Shown: positions 8,138 to 19,086 of the stretch, piece after piece
How the letters are laid out: each line of letters opens with the position of its first letter
Numbering within the stretch: position 1 is the stretch's first letter
Origin: Ostreococcus lucimarinus
Lineage: Eukaryota
Assembly: GCA_000092065.1 (NCBI GenBank)
Contig: CP000585.1
DNA: 64,000 nt
Reading direction: 5' to 3' (one strand)
Translations under genes and position numbers: made by a program
The notes under the pieces: generated by a model
Told to the model about the DNA's origin: nothing
The model's input: only the letters and a program-made list of their open reading frames with translations
Database searches by the model: none

Positions 8138-10465
8138 TTACATGTTACGTCGCACGTTTCCTCGTCTAAAGTCGTTCTCCTCGTCTTCGCCCTCGACATT
8201 TTCTTCTTCGTCTCCTCTATTTCGTTTAGCGCTCAGCCCGTCGCGCCACTCAGACCCGAGTTCTTCGTCCAAACGTCGCGCCAGACGCGCTTCGATTTCC
8301 CGAATGCTAGCGTCCGCGTCGTCCGCGAATCCGGCATTCGTAGCCGGTAGCGTGATGAACGGCGCGAGCGAAAGCATGGATGCTTCCACTAAGCACACTG
8401 CGACCGTGGCGTCGAGCCGCGTCGCGACGTCACGGTACATGAGTCGCGCGTGCGCCTGCGTCAACCGAATGAGCGATTCGAGCATGCGAATCGTCGTTCG
8501 AGCGACGCTGCGACCTTCCAGGCGCCTTTGCGCCTGGTAGTACGCGGTGAGCAGACGTTCGGCATCGCTTGTGAGTTGTGGCTGAAACACATTCTTCACG
8601 TGCGCGATGTAGCGCCGAAGACGGTCGAACGGCCACGCCGCCACGCTCGCGTCTTGCAAACGCTTCGTTCGCTTCGCCGGGATCTCGCCGGCGACGTCGT
8701 CCGCCACCTCCTCTGCAGCCTGTGGAACAGCACCCCACTTTTCGAGCGCGCGTCCCCATCGCACGCCATCGGAGAGTTGAGAGCTCCCTGGCTGCGTCGC
8801 GACGGAGGACGACAACGACGAACGACCGCGCCCATCGGAACTTTGCGTACCCGACGGTAAATCGTCCTCAATCGCGCCCAATCGAGCGTGCGTTTCCAAA
8901 ATGTGCGCGCTCACCGCACGATCCCATGACGGTTTACGATCGTCTCGTAACACGATCAAGCAATCGAATCTGCTCAATAATGGTGGCGCTAATCCTGTGT
9001 TCACTGCGAGACTCGATCCCATATCGAATTGCCCACCTTTCGGGTTCGTCGCTCCGATTACCGTGGTGCGCGTGCGAAGCGTCGTCACCATGCCCGCCTT
9101 GGCGACGCTCAGCGTCTGTTGCTCCATCGCTTCGTGTATCGTCGCCCGCTCGGCTTCGCGAATAGAGTCGAACTCGTCTATGCAGCACACTCCACCATCT
9201 GCCAGGACCAACGCGCCGGCTTCCAGCGCCCATTCTCCCGACTCTTTCGTAGCGGCGACGGTGAGACCGGCAGCGCTCGAGCCCATACCCGTGGTCATAA
9301 TCGCTCGCGGCGCGACGGCGGCGGCATATTTCAAAAGCTGCGATTTGCCCATGCCAGGGTCACCGACGAGAAGAATGTGCGACTCGCCGCGCACGCGTCC
9401 ACCACTCGAATCTCGCCTGGGAACTCCACCTATGAGCGCCAGCATCAGCGCAAGCTTTGGCGTCGCCATGCCAAAGAGCTGCGGACACATGGCGCGCAAA
9501 ATCATATCTCGCGCATAAAATGGTTTTGATTCGTGTTCGCGCCAAAACGCAGCAAACGCAGCACTTTCTACATCGTCCACGATTCGTTCAACTGTTTGCT
9601 GCTTTTGTTTGACGTGCAGACTAACGCAGTGCCCGACGAGCTCGACTTCGCATCGCTGCTCGCGAGCGCATTTGTACCAGCGGCGTCGCACGACAACTGC
9701 CATCTTCACGTCATCACCCGCCTGAACTTTGTCAACTAAATCATCTTCTAAAACAATGAGCAACGCGCGCGGCGCCGCGCGCGCGCTCCCGCCCGCTGGA
9801 CCACCGACGGGCTCTTGAATCCGAATCTCTTGATAATCGCGAACCATTCGGCGCGCCGCCGGCACCGATCGAAACGATTTCCCCTTGCACGGCTTCGTTC
9901 GCGGACACGCGGGTGGGGGTTCACCACCACTTCCCTCCTCCACGTTCACCGGAATCAAAAACTGATGTCCGCACTTGACGCATTCAAACACCTGTTCCGC
10001 CTCCAGCGACTTCGCCGATCCCACGCGCACCGCCACGCCCTCCACGCACCACATTCGATTCACGTGCCTCGTCCGTATGCTCCCGATCCCCGGCGCGAGC
10101 TCTGGGTACGTCTCACACAGCCTATCCGCGTCCACGCGCGCGCGCACGATCTCCTTCACCGACATCTTCTTCGCCAGCGTCGCCGCCTCGCCGTCGCCCG
10201 CCTCCGCCGCGGCGCGCGTCGCCCGCATCACCTCTCCCTGCGCGCTCCGCAGCGCTTCGTCCAGCGCCGGCATGAGCGCCAGCGGTCGATGTAACATCGC
10301 GTTCGCGAGCATCGGCACCGCGGCGAAGAGCTTCAGCGCGTCGACGCGCACGGCGTACGGCGCGCGAAGGTCGGGCGCGGTGAGCGCATCGACGAGGGCG
10401 TCGCGATGGTTTTCGACGACGTAGCGCTCGAACTGCTGCGTGATCGTGAGCGATGTGGACGCCAT
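8138..10465 (-). CDS. MCM9: DNA helicase MCM9
   Basis: The N-terminus MASTSLTITQQFERYVVENH resembles human MCM9 [21 protein letters not shown] (from memory). It has a zinc finger CVKCGHQF...ACP and RDYQEIRIQEPV. Walker A is GDPGMGKSQLLKYAA, Walker B is CCIDEFDSIRE, and NPKGGQFD...LLSRFDCLIVLRDDRKPSWDRAVSAHILE matches the MCM9-specific block rather than MCM2-7 or MCM8. The start is taken at M61 of the ORF (accurate to about 1 nt). Confidence 0.8.
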   Translation of the reverse strand: MASTSLTITQQFERYVVENHRDALVDALTAPDLRAPYAVRVDALKLFAAVPMLANAMLHRPLALMPALDEALRSAQGEVMRATRAAAEAGDGEAATLAKKMSVKEIVRARVDADRLCETYPELAPGIGSIRTRHVNRMWCVEGVAVRVGSAKSLEAEQVFECVKCGHQFLIPVNVEEGSGGEPPPACPRTKPCKGKSFRSVPAARRMVRDYQEIRIQEPVGGPAGGSARAAPRALLIVLEDDLVDKVQAGDDVKMAVVVRRRWYKCAREQRCEVELVGHCVSLHVKQKQQTVERIVDDVESAAFAAFWREHESKPFYARDMILRAMCPQLFGMATPKLALMLALIGGVPRRDSSGGRVRGESHILLVGDPGMGKSQLLKYAAAVAPRAIMTTGMGSSAAGLTVAATKESGEWALEAGALVLADGGVCCIDEFDSIREAERATIHEAMEQQTLSVAKAGMVTTLRTRTTVIGATNPKGGQFDMGSSLAVNTGLAPPLLSRFDCLIVLRDDRKPSWDRAVSAHILETHARLGAIEDDLPSGTQSSDGRGRSSLSSSVATQPGSSQLSDGVRWGRALEKWGAVPQAAEEVADDVAGEIPAKRTKRLQDASVAAWPFDRLRRYIAHVKNVFQPQLTSDAERLLTAYYQAQRRLEGRSVARTTIRMLESLIRLTQAHARLMYRDVATRLDATVAVCLVEASMLSLAPFITLPATNAGFADDADASIREIEARLARRLDEELGSEWRDGLSAKRNRGDEEENVEGEDEENDFRRGNVRRNM

Positions 10466-10712
10466 GGCGACGAAGCGACGCGCGATCGTCGTGCGTCGCG
10501 GCGCGCGGGCCGCGACGGCGTGTGGCGCGGCGCGAGCGGTCTGATTCGAGCGATGGCGCCGGTGACGGCGGGACGCGCTTTGGCTGTCGACGCGCGTTTG
10601 AATCGGCGGCGTGAACTCGCGGTGGAGTGAAAGAAAAAATGTCAATGAAAATTAAAACAATCTTTACTGTTAATGTCTAGTATGGTACGTATGGTACTGC
10701 GGTCGTCGCCGC

Positions 10713-13700
10713 TCAGGCGAAACCGAATCCGCTGCTGCCGGTGCGCACGGCGTGGAGCAAACGAGCGGCGGTTTGCTCGGCGCTCGCGTACTTGGGAAGC
10801 TTGAGCGTTAAGAAACACGTTTGCGCCATGGGAAGGTGATCAGTGGATAATTTCTCGTCGAAACGCACCTTGAAGTTCAAACCTTCGAATCCGCTGTGCG
10901 GTAGATGGGTGTACGCGGCCCAGAAATGGAGAAGTAGCGCCTGGTCGGCGGACGAAAATTGCGTGATGGCTTCCCAAAACCACTCGACTCGACGCTCTTC
11001 TTCAGGCGTCGTCACCTTGGGTTCGTAAATCGTCGCTTTCTTCCAAGCTTCGACGGAAATTTTCGGGAGCCCGCACACTAAACGCTCGAGGTCGACGGGC
11101 GAGAGCGATGAGAGCAGCTCGGCCGGAATGACGTCGCACAGCCCTTTGCGAGCGGCTTGCGCCACGACTTCGATGCTCTCCCCGTGCACCATCTCCATCG
11201 AGTTCCACGCATACGATTGAACGAAATGCTTGCGATTGTGATCGGTTACCGCGATTTGGCGGCCACCAGAAACGAGTTCGTACTCGGCCATTTCGCCGCT
11301 CGGCAAACGCACCGTGCGCGAAAAGTTCAACCCGGACATCTCAACCCACTTGTTCTTTTCGTGCGAAAGCGGGTGCGTATGGAGCGTCATGAGCGTTCTA
11401 CCAAATTCTTCATCCACCGCAGAGAGCTGCGAAAGCGTGCCTCTGCGACCAAGCAGTGCACTCCACAACCAAGGTGCTAATGGCAAAACAACCGTGACGT
11501 TACTCGATATGATAAGGCCGATGACCTTCCCAAAGAACACAGCCGCGGCGAGCGGCGCGTCGGGGCGGAGCGTCAAGAACGCCGAAGCATTGGCGTTTTC
11601 GGACGACAAAGCGCACAACACGGCTTCCCCGGGCTTATTCGGCGCCCCACGAGCGAGAGTATCGATCAGAATTTGCATCGCTTCCCGATTTACGCCGTCG
11701 CCCAATCCATCTTCACCTTCAAACGAAGCGTTCAAAGATCGCCCCACGAGCGCTCGTCGGCACAAAGAGTTGATAGCTCGCCAAGCCGAAGGGCAAGGTG
11801 AGCTGCGATCGAGCACCAGCGAGATGGATGATGCGTTTTGAAACTCCGCCGCGTGGCGTTTAAGATCCTTGCGAAGACGAGAAATCTTGAACGAATGTGG
11901 GAAGACGTCCGCTGAGGCCCCGATCAAATCGAGCGAGCTGCCGAAGTAAAACATGTTCGGCGACGCGGCTTGGAGCATAGAAAACGTCTTGTGCCATTTC
12001 GGGTCAGTGAGCAGTGCGTTGACGGTATTCGATGCGGATGCGTTCGGTGGACGAAGCTCACAGAAGCAATGCAACAAAAGCTGAGTCATATCGACGATTT
12101 GTTGCGCTGGACTGTACACTGGGAATTCTCCTTGCGAATCAGTCAACCAGCGCGAATTTCCCAGGAGGGACAAACCGCCTCGAATACCTTTGTGTCCACC
12201 GTCCAGAGCCCATCCCAATATTGCCAAAGGCGTAGCGATACACGCAAGAGCACTAACACAGTCGTTAAACGCCGCAACGACCGGATCGAGGTCGACCACG
12301 TCGTTCGCTTGAGAGCGCGATGCTCGTCGCGAGTTGCTCGCTGAACTTGGTCCGAGCTTCAGACTTTTCGCTGCGGCTTTTGAGTTGGTCTCAACGCCAG
12401 TTTCAAGCGCTGCACCGTCATCGTCGAGTGGCACCGTAACTCTCGAGCAGCACGATTTGATTCGCATGCCAGAAACCGATGAGATCGCCGCGGCCAAGCC
12501 GACGAGAACACCGAGGCGGACGCCCCTGCGAGCGTTGACTTTGTCATGAAACGCCAAACCTGGCACTGAAGGATCGTCGTTAACGGTGAGATCCGCCTTA
12601 TTCATGTAGTCTGCAGACACAGAACCAGCACGCTCAGCCGTGAGTCTGACTTCTTTTGCCCACATAGCAGTTTCCAGTACACTTTGTCGAAGTTGCTGCG
12701 GGATCGTCGTTTGCGTAAGCTCGATCGCCGGAACCCATCGAGTGTCCGTTTTCGCTGCGTCGCAAATGATGCGCGCAAACAAAAAACAGAGACCGCTTAC
12801 AGAGTCTACAACGGTGGTCGATACCTCGGCATCAGCCAAGTCGTGCAAGAGTTTTGGCGCAGCTTGAGCGAACAACTTTCCCCACGACAACTCGGCGTTC
12901 GGTGAGCAGCAGTCGGGACCTAAACCGTCTTCCATGACGAGTCCGGCAAGGATAGCTTTAGCCACGACATCGCTCATTTCATGACGTCCGCTATTTCCAG
13001 TGTTTGGGAACGTCAATGAAATACCGTTCGAGCCTGAACTCCAGCAAATGAGCACGTCTGCAAGATGTGCCAGCGTCTTCCACCAGTTAGCCGGACGCAG
13101 CTTCGGGGCTTCGCCCGCTTCAACGTACGCCGCCAGCACCATGCGAATCACCACGGTGACGGCCGTACAGAACATCGACGCAGGCGCGATGGTTGTGGGG
13201 AATTCACCATTCGTTTCGCTGAGCAAGCCGTTCATGATACATATCTGCATCGGCATGCAGTGAACGGTGAGCGCGCGACCCAAGACAGCGCACCAACGCC
13301 CATCTTTAGCTGATTGCTTGGCAAGACGTTCGCACAACAGGTGCGGTGAACCGGTACCAATCTTTGCAACGTCCGACGTGTTGGAGTACCCGAGTAGTTC
13401 CCAGCGAGCGATGTGCTCGAAGAGCTTGATCATATTCGGAGACCGAGTCTTATTCTTTCCAGTATCCAATAACGGTGCCGAAACAGATCGAAGTCGAGTG
13501 GAAAGGTTGCTGACGAGACGTGTGATCCCGGTAGCCTCACGCATACGTGCTTGACTCAACGGCTGTTGCGTCGGCACGCGTACTGGTTGGCCACGTTCAG
13601 TGAACGTCAGACGAGCGTGCACTTGCGTGCTACTCGCTAAACGAGATGCATGGAGTCGAGCCTCGTTCGCGTCCGTCGGCGGCGCCTGGGCGTCGTCGTT

Positions 13701-15250
13701 CTCCGCCTCTCCCGCCTCACGAGCAGCACGTCGGCCTGTCGCAATGTCATCTACCATCGTATCCATGTGTCCCTGATTCACCCAGTCCATGAAAGCGCGA
13801 TCACTTACGGTCAGATTGTTGTTGATCATTCCAGTCAGGTCTGGCTCGCCCTGATTAGGTCCATGAAGGTCGCTGAGATCGACGACGTGCCCACCGGGAC
13901 GCGGTATCAGTAGTTCGTGTTCGTCGTTTGCAACGCGACGCTGCGGCATCTCAAACCTCCAAGCTCGCTGGGCAAAATTCGCTGACGTTGAACGGTGCGC
14001 CGCCGCCGACGAAGGCGCGTCACGCCGCCGCTCGCGTTGGTCATGAAGACCCATGAGAGCCCGGTTGAGTGGAATCGCATGTTCGACCGCACCGTCTTCG
14101 TTGCCACTCGAAACACGTGGAGCGTCGCGACCATCGTTACTCGCGCGCGGGATGCGCTCTCCTGAGTCTCGTATACCTATGTTGTCCTCCGGACTAGTCG
14201 ACGCATCTCGGACATTCTGTCTTCCTGGGGAACTCGCACCACTGACTGGCTGCCACACGGCTGACCAGGATTTTGGAACGTCGGACGGTTCCTGCGTTCT
14301 CGCGGTACTCGGTGCGTGCGTCGGCGGACCGTGGTAACTTTCGTGAAGCTCTGTCAATGCATAAGGGGTTAACTGAATTATCTGCGTCGGATCGTAAGGC
14401 TCGACGTCGGCCGAGGACTCACTGGCGACGACGCTGTCCACCGAGTTGACGATTTCGTCGAAGTGAGAGTTCAAACTCAATATGGTTCCGCAATTCAGTC
14501 GCCACGCCCGTCGCAATCTACCGAGTTCAATCAAGAATTTGCCCGCTCTTCGCGGGTCGTACAAGTTACCCTCGTTTGTGGACGTCCCAATCACTTTGAA
14601 TATCAGAAACATACAGCGGTTGAGCTGCTGCGTCACACTGGTTCCGGCTTCCAACGCACCAACGGACTCGGCGCGCAGCAACGGCATCATCGTCCCGAAC
14701 GCCCGACTCACAAAGTCCATATACAAGTACGCCAAATCTAACACGCACGGACCTTGTTCGCGGTTCTGCATCTCTTTGAACGGATCAGCCTCTAGCACGA
14801 GCTTCACCTGTTCCTTCGCGCGTTCGTGCAACTCGAGCACCGCGTCTCGAACTCGCACGACGCTGTCTCCTTTCCCCAACTTCAAAATAGGGCTCTTGTC
14901 GTGCGCGGTTATGATTCTCGCCAACTTTGCAAGCGACACGCTCAACTGATCCGCTGGTTCCGCCAAATCAGTCAGGTGTTTCTGCACCACCTCCACGAGC
15001 TCCGGCCGCGTCCCCGCGCTGGGCAACCCCAGCGCGGATGTGAGCGATTTGAGTTCCCACTCCGAAGCATCCTCGCGCCAGTTCCACGCCTTCGTCGCCG
15101 TGGTCGCGTCCACGCTCCGCGTGTCATCGCCAGGCGACACCAACGACGCGACAACTTTCCCCGTCGGCGACTTCCCGGGCGACCCCCCGTACTCTGAAAA
15201 CAGTTTGTTCAGCACCGACGACCTCGCGTCCGGCGCCAACTCCGCGATTC
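10713..15250 (-). CDS. HECT-domain E3 ubiquitin ligase (UPL-like), main 3' exon: SAP-like motif near the N-terminus and a C-terminal HECT domain
   Basis: The C-terminus ...LLHFWAAYTHLPHSGFEGLNFKVRFDEKLSTDHLPMAQTCFLTLKLPKYASAEQTAARLLHAVRTG is a HECT C-lobe with the catalytic Cys. The exon begins at a cgcgcgcag|AGAATCGCG acceptor with GACTGAC 29 nt upstream. The first 16 codons of ORF 10713-15299 are intron read-through. Confidence 0.75.
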
Positions 15251-15425
15251 TCTGCGCGCGCGCGACGTCAAACCGTCTCCAGTCAGTCTCGCGTTTCAAG
15301 TCTCACTATCGATCACCCCATCGTCGTTCGCATCACCGTCCTCGCGTCGCGCATCGCGCGTCGTCTTCGAGTTCGTCCTTCGCGCGTCGTCCCGAGCGTC
15401 CCGGCGTCGTCGCGCGCGCGCCCAC

Positions 15426-15554
15426 CTTTAACAACTCCGTCTCATCCCCGGTCGTCGACGTCCCGTCCTCCAGCCGTCGCCGCGACGTTCCTCGTCCCTC
15501 CTGCGCTCGCGTCGCTCGCGCGCCGTCGTCGTTCTCGCGTTTGCGTCCTCTCAT
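15426..15554 (-). CDS. Candidate first exon of the HECT E3 ligase gene (MRGRKRENDDGARATRAQEGRGTSRRRLEDGTSTTGDETELLK)
   Basis: It starts at an ATG (about 15554) and is an in-frame, protein-like segment ending at an AAG|GTGGGC donor. Phase 0 joins exon 2 (RIAELAPDARSS...). The implied intron is about 175 bp with the GACTGAC box. Other donors are possible. Confidence 0.35.
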
Positions 15555-16091
15555 GACGCGCCGACGCGCGCTCCGCCGTCGCGACGCGTCCACCGCAGAT
15601 CGCTCGCGTTTCTTTCGCGTCCCGCGCGCGCGCGCGCGCCTCGCGCGAGACCTCCGCGCGCGCGAGCGACGACGCGAGACGTTCGCGCTCGGTTCGTCGC
15701 GCGTCGGCGGTCGCGCGGCCGTCGCGCGCGGCGGTGTGCGGCGCGGCGGGCGAGGGTAATGCGCGGTCGTTGCCGCGGTCTCAAACTTTGTATTCAACAC
15801 GGACACGTGTTGACGGACACGTCGCGGCGCCGCGCGCGCGGCACTCGCGCGCGCCACGCGCGTCGATCGCGCCTCGAGCGCGCCGCGACGGTCGAACGCG
15901 TCGCGTAGCGCATGCGCGCGCGCGCGCCGGCGTCCGCGGCGTCGTCGTCGACGCGCCGGACGTTCCGGAACGCGCGAACGACGCGCGCGGGGGGCGGCGG
16001 CGGACGCGAGACGACGCGGACGCGCGGAAGCGCGCGCGAAGGGCGAGCGACGCAAAGGCGCGACGTCGCGAGACGCGCGCAGTCGGACGCG

Positions 16092-16736
16092 ATGTACGGA
16101 ATCTCCACCGAACCGTCGGATGAGGACGTGAAGACGTTTAATAGAATCATTCAGGCGACGTCGTGGGAGGGCATCGTGAGCAACGTCAAGGCGAGCGCGA
16201 ACGGCGGTGAACTCACGACCGGCGTGCTCGGGGCGGGATATTTGGTGTTCACGGAGTCGAAAAAGCGAGGCGAGAACGAACAGACGCTCGGGGTGCTGCA
16301 GAACATCATTCAGGTGATGACGCAGGCGTTGATGACGATGTCGGCGTCGCCGGCGCAGCGCGTGATGGACGAGCTCATGGAGCTTCCGGTGAGCGAGGAA
16401 CGAAAGCTGGTGGATAGGATCGAGGAGGCGTATAATGATGGCATCGATACCTACGCTATCGCGGAGTGTTTGAGAGATTTCATTAAGAATTTACAAGTGC
16501 AAGAGATGTCGTTCGACCTCGAAGTCGCGAAGGCGAAGGAAGCCAAGTGGGACGACCAGATCGCCAAGCTCGAGGTCTTGGCGCAAGAGCGCATCGAGGC
16601 GCAAAAGCGCGCGATGAACATCCTTAAGCTCATCGGCGCCGACGCGCCACCCGCGATGCCTGCGATGCCTGCGGTCGATCCCAACGCGGCTGGCCCTTCG
16701 CCCGCGGCGGGCGCGTTCGAGGACCAAACCGACTGA
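16092..16736 (+). CDS. Hypothetical conserved protein (214 aa, helical, C-terminal coiled coil and a Pro/Ala-rich tail)
   Basis: The ATG is at 16092 (MYGISTEPSDEDVKTFNRIIQ...). It has normal amino-acid composition, unlike the Arg-rich upstream ORF extension. I could not assign a recognisable domain. Confidence 0.45.
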   Translation: MYGISTEPSDEDVKTFNRIIQATSWEGIVSNVKASANGGELTTGVLGAGYLVFTESKKRGENEQTLGVLQNIIQVMTQALMTMSASPAQRVMDELMELPVSEERKLVDRIEEAYNDGIDTYAIAECLRDFIKNLQVQEMSFDLEVAKAKEAKWDDQIAKLEVLAQERIEAQKRAMNILKLIGADAPPAMPAMPAVDPNAAGPSPAAGAFEDQTD

Positions 16737-17340
16737 GCCCTTGCTCGTCCGTCACCACGCCTCGAGGGCCGTGGATGTGATAACTCACACGCATTAACGT
16801 TGTTTACACGTCGTTTCGCTCCCGTTCGAAATCACGCGTCTCATTTGCGTCTCATTCTCGCGCGACAGTCCAAGAGTATTTGTCTTCCCAGTCGACAGTC
16901 TGGCTCGCCGAAGCGTCGCCGAGCCCGCACAGCTCGTCGCGCGCGTCGCGCGAGCGCCAGCCCTCGGCGACGTTCGTCGCGACGAACGCTTCCGACGCGA
17001 TGCACCGCTCGGGCGCCTCGAGCGCGCTTCGAGCCTCCGCCGCGCGCGTCGGCACCGTCCGCGCGCGAAGCGTCGGCGCGGCCTCCGCGTCGCGTTCGCC
17101 GCGCGCAGCGCTTCGCAGCGCGATCGCGGGGCGCGGACTCACCGCGCGCGGGTCGAAGAACTCAATCTCGAACGCGCTGTTGCTTCAAGACGCGCCGAAG
17201 GCGGTGGGAGAGGTGCGCGCGACGACGCGAGCGCGCGCGATGTTGGCGGCGGCGAAAATGCGTCGAAGACGTGCGACTAACGACGACGCGCGCGACGGCG
17301 CGATGACGCACGACAGGGCTCCGGCGCGATTGGGACGCAG

Positions 17341-18972
17341 ATGTGCTCCATTCTGGCCATGTATGACCCGAACGCGGCGATGGAGGACGGACGAGAGGAG
17401 CTGATGCGCGAGCTGAGCGCGCGCATGCGAACGCGAGGGCCGGACGGCTCGGGATATTACGGTTCGAAGCGCTATGGATTGGCGCACGAACGCCTGGCGA
17501 TCATGGACCCCGAGGGAGGCAAACAACCGATCGTGTACGAGGACGCGGCGAAGACGTACGCGGTGTGCGCGAACGGTGAAATTTACAACTTTCGTAAACT
17601 GCAAGCCAAGTACGGGTTGACGGCGGCGAAGACGGGAAGTGATTCGGAGGTTTTGTTGCAGCTCTACAAGCATCTCGGGAACGAGTTCGTGAAAGAGCTG
17701 AACGGAATCTTCGGTTTTGTCGTCGTCGGTGACGACGGTGAGCACATGATCGCCGCTCGCGATCACTGTGGAATCAAACCGCTGTACATCGGGTACGGCA
17801 AGAATGGCGTCATGTGGTTCGCGTCCGAGCTTAAAGCCATCTGCGACCAAGACTGCGAACGCATCGAAGAATTCCCGGCGGGTTATTACTGGACTCCGAA
17901 GGAAGGCTTTGTGAAATGGTACAACCCGACCTGGGACTTTGACGACGCCGTCGGCACGAAAGACACGTCGCACGTTCGCGCGATTCTCGAAGAGGCGATT
18001 CTTGATCAAACCATGGCTGATGTTCCGATCGGGCTTCTTTTATCCGGCGGTCTCGACTCTGCGGTCGTATCTACTGTTTTAAAGCCGTTTCTTGAGGCGA
18101 GTGGGCAAGAGTACCTGTCGTTCACCGTCGGTCAAGAGGGTTCGCCCGACGTCACGGCCGCTCGTATGATGTCCGAGTTCTTGGGCACGAAGCATCACGA
18201 GTACCTTTTCACCTCCGAAGAGGCGTGTGCGAACATCGAAAACGTGATTTACCATCTTGAAACCTACGAGCCGGAGCTCATCAGATCCGCCATTCCGAAC
18301 TACTTCCTGGCTAAGCTCACGTCGCAGCACGTCAAGGTGGTCCTCACGGGCGAAGGCTCCGATGAGCTTTTCGCCGGCTACCTCTACTTCCGCGATGCAC
18401 CGAGCTCCAACCACGTGCACAACGAACTCCGTCGCATCTTTGGTCACCTGCACAACGTGAACTGCCAGCGTGCCGATCGCATGACGATGGCTCACAGCTT
18501 GGAAGCGCGCGTGCCTTTCTTGGATCCGCGCGTCATCGACGCCGTGATGGCGGTTGATCCGAAGTATAAAACAATCGAAGGCGAAGAAAAGCCGGAAAAG
18601 CACGCGTTGCGCGCGTTGTTCGATGGTGAGATTCCTGACCCCGTGCTCTGGCGCACCAAGGCGATGCAGTGCGAAGGCGTCGGCCTGAACTGGGTCGAGG
18701 ACCTCCAAAAGTTCTGCGAAGAACAAATATCCGACGAAGATTTCGCCAAGGCGGAGTCGACGTACCCAATCAACCCTCCGCACAGTAAGGAGGAGATGTA
18801 CTATAGACGCATCTTCGAAAAGCACTACAAGGGGATGGATAAGTTTGTTCACGTGTGGGAGGGTGGATGTCGCGCCGGTGGCGCCGCGTGGGAAAACGAT
18901 CAGTACACGCGCGCCGGCGTGAAGAACGTCAAGCAACTCGCGAAGGGTCTCACCGGCGTTAAAGGCGCGTAA
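17341..18972 (+). CDS. asnB: Asparagine synthetase (glutamine-hydrolysing), AsnB-type
   Basis: It starts MCSILAMY (Cys2 is the glutamine amidotransferase nucleophile). It has the PP-loop LLSGGLDSAVVS and conserved C-terminal synthetase blocks (FLDxxVIDxxM, WRTKAMQ). It looks single-exon. Confidence 0.9.
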   Translation: MCSILAMYDPNAAMEDGREELMRELSARMRTRGPDGSGYYGSKRYGLAHERLAIMDPEGGKQPIVYEDAAKTYAVCANGEIYNFRKLQAKYGLTAAKTGSDSEVLLQLYKHLGNEFVKELNGIFGFVVVGDDGEHMIAARDHCGIKPLYIGYGKNGVMWFASELKAICDQDCERIEEFPAGYYWTPKEGFVKWYNPTWDFDDAVGTKDTSHVRAILEEAILDQTMADVPIGLLLSGGLDSAVVSTVLKPFLEASGQEYLSFTVGQEGSPDVTAARMMSEFLGTKHHEYLFTSEEACANIENVIYHLETYEPELIRSAIPNYFLAKLTSQHVKVVLTGEGSDELFAGYLYFRDAPSSNHVHNELRRIFGHLHNVNCQRADRMTMAHSLEARVPFLDPRVIDAVMAVDPKYKTIEGEEKPEKHALRALFDGEIPDPVLWRTKAMQCEGVGLNWVEDLQKFCEEQISDEDFAKAESTYPINPPHSKEEMYYRRIFEKHYKGMDKFVHVWEGGCRAGGAAWENDQYTRAGVKNVKQLAKGLTGVKGA

Positions 18973-19086
18973 GGAGTATGGTTTGTCGTTTTGTGTTGAT
19001 TCTGTTTGTATCGGTCGAGATGCTCGATATATCATGTTGTACCTACGGTTTCTATTCTTAGCGTTTTGTTCATTTTGAATCAGTCT

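Noticed and set aside
15252-15299. MKRETDWRRFDVARAQ as the N-terminus of the HECT protein (ORF-track start at 15299)
   Set aside because: These codons span the intron branch box and acceptor (gaGACTGACtgg ... cgcgcgcag|AGA). The real first exon is upstream.
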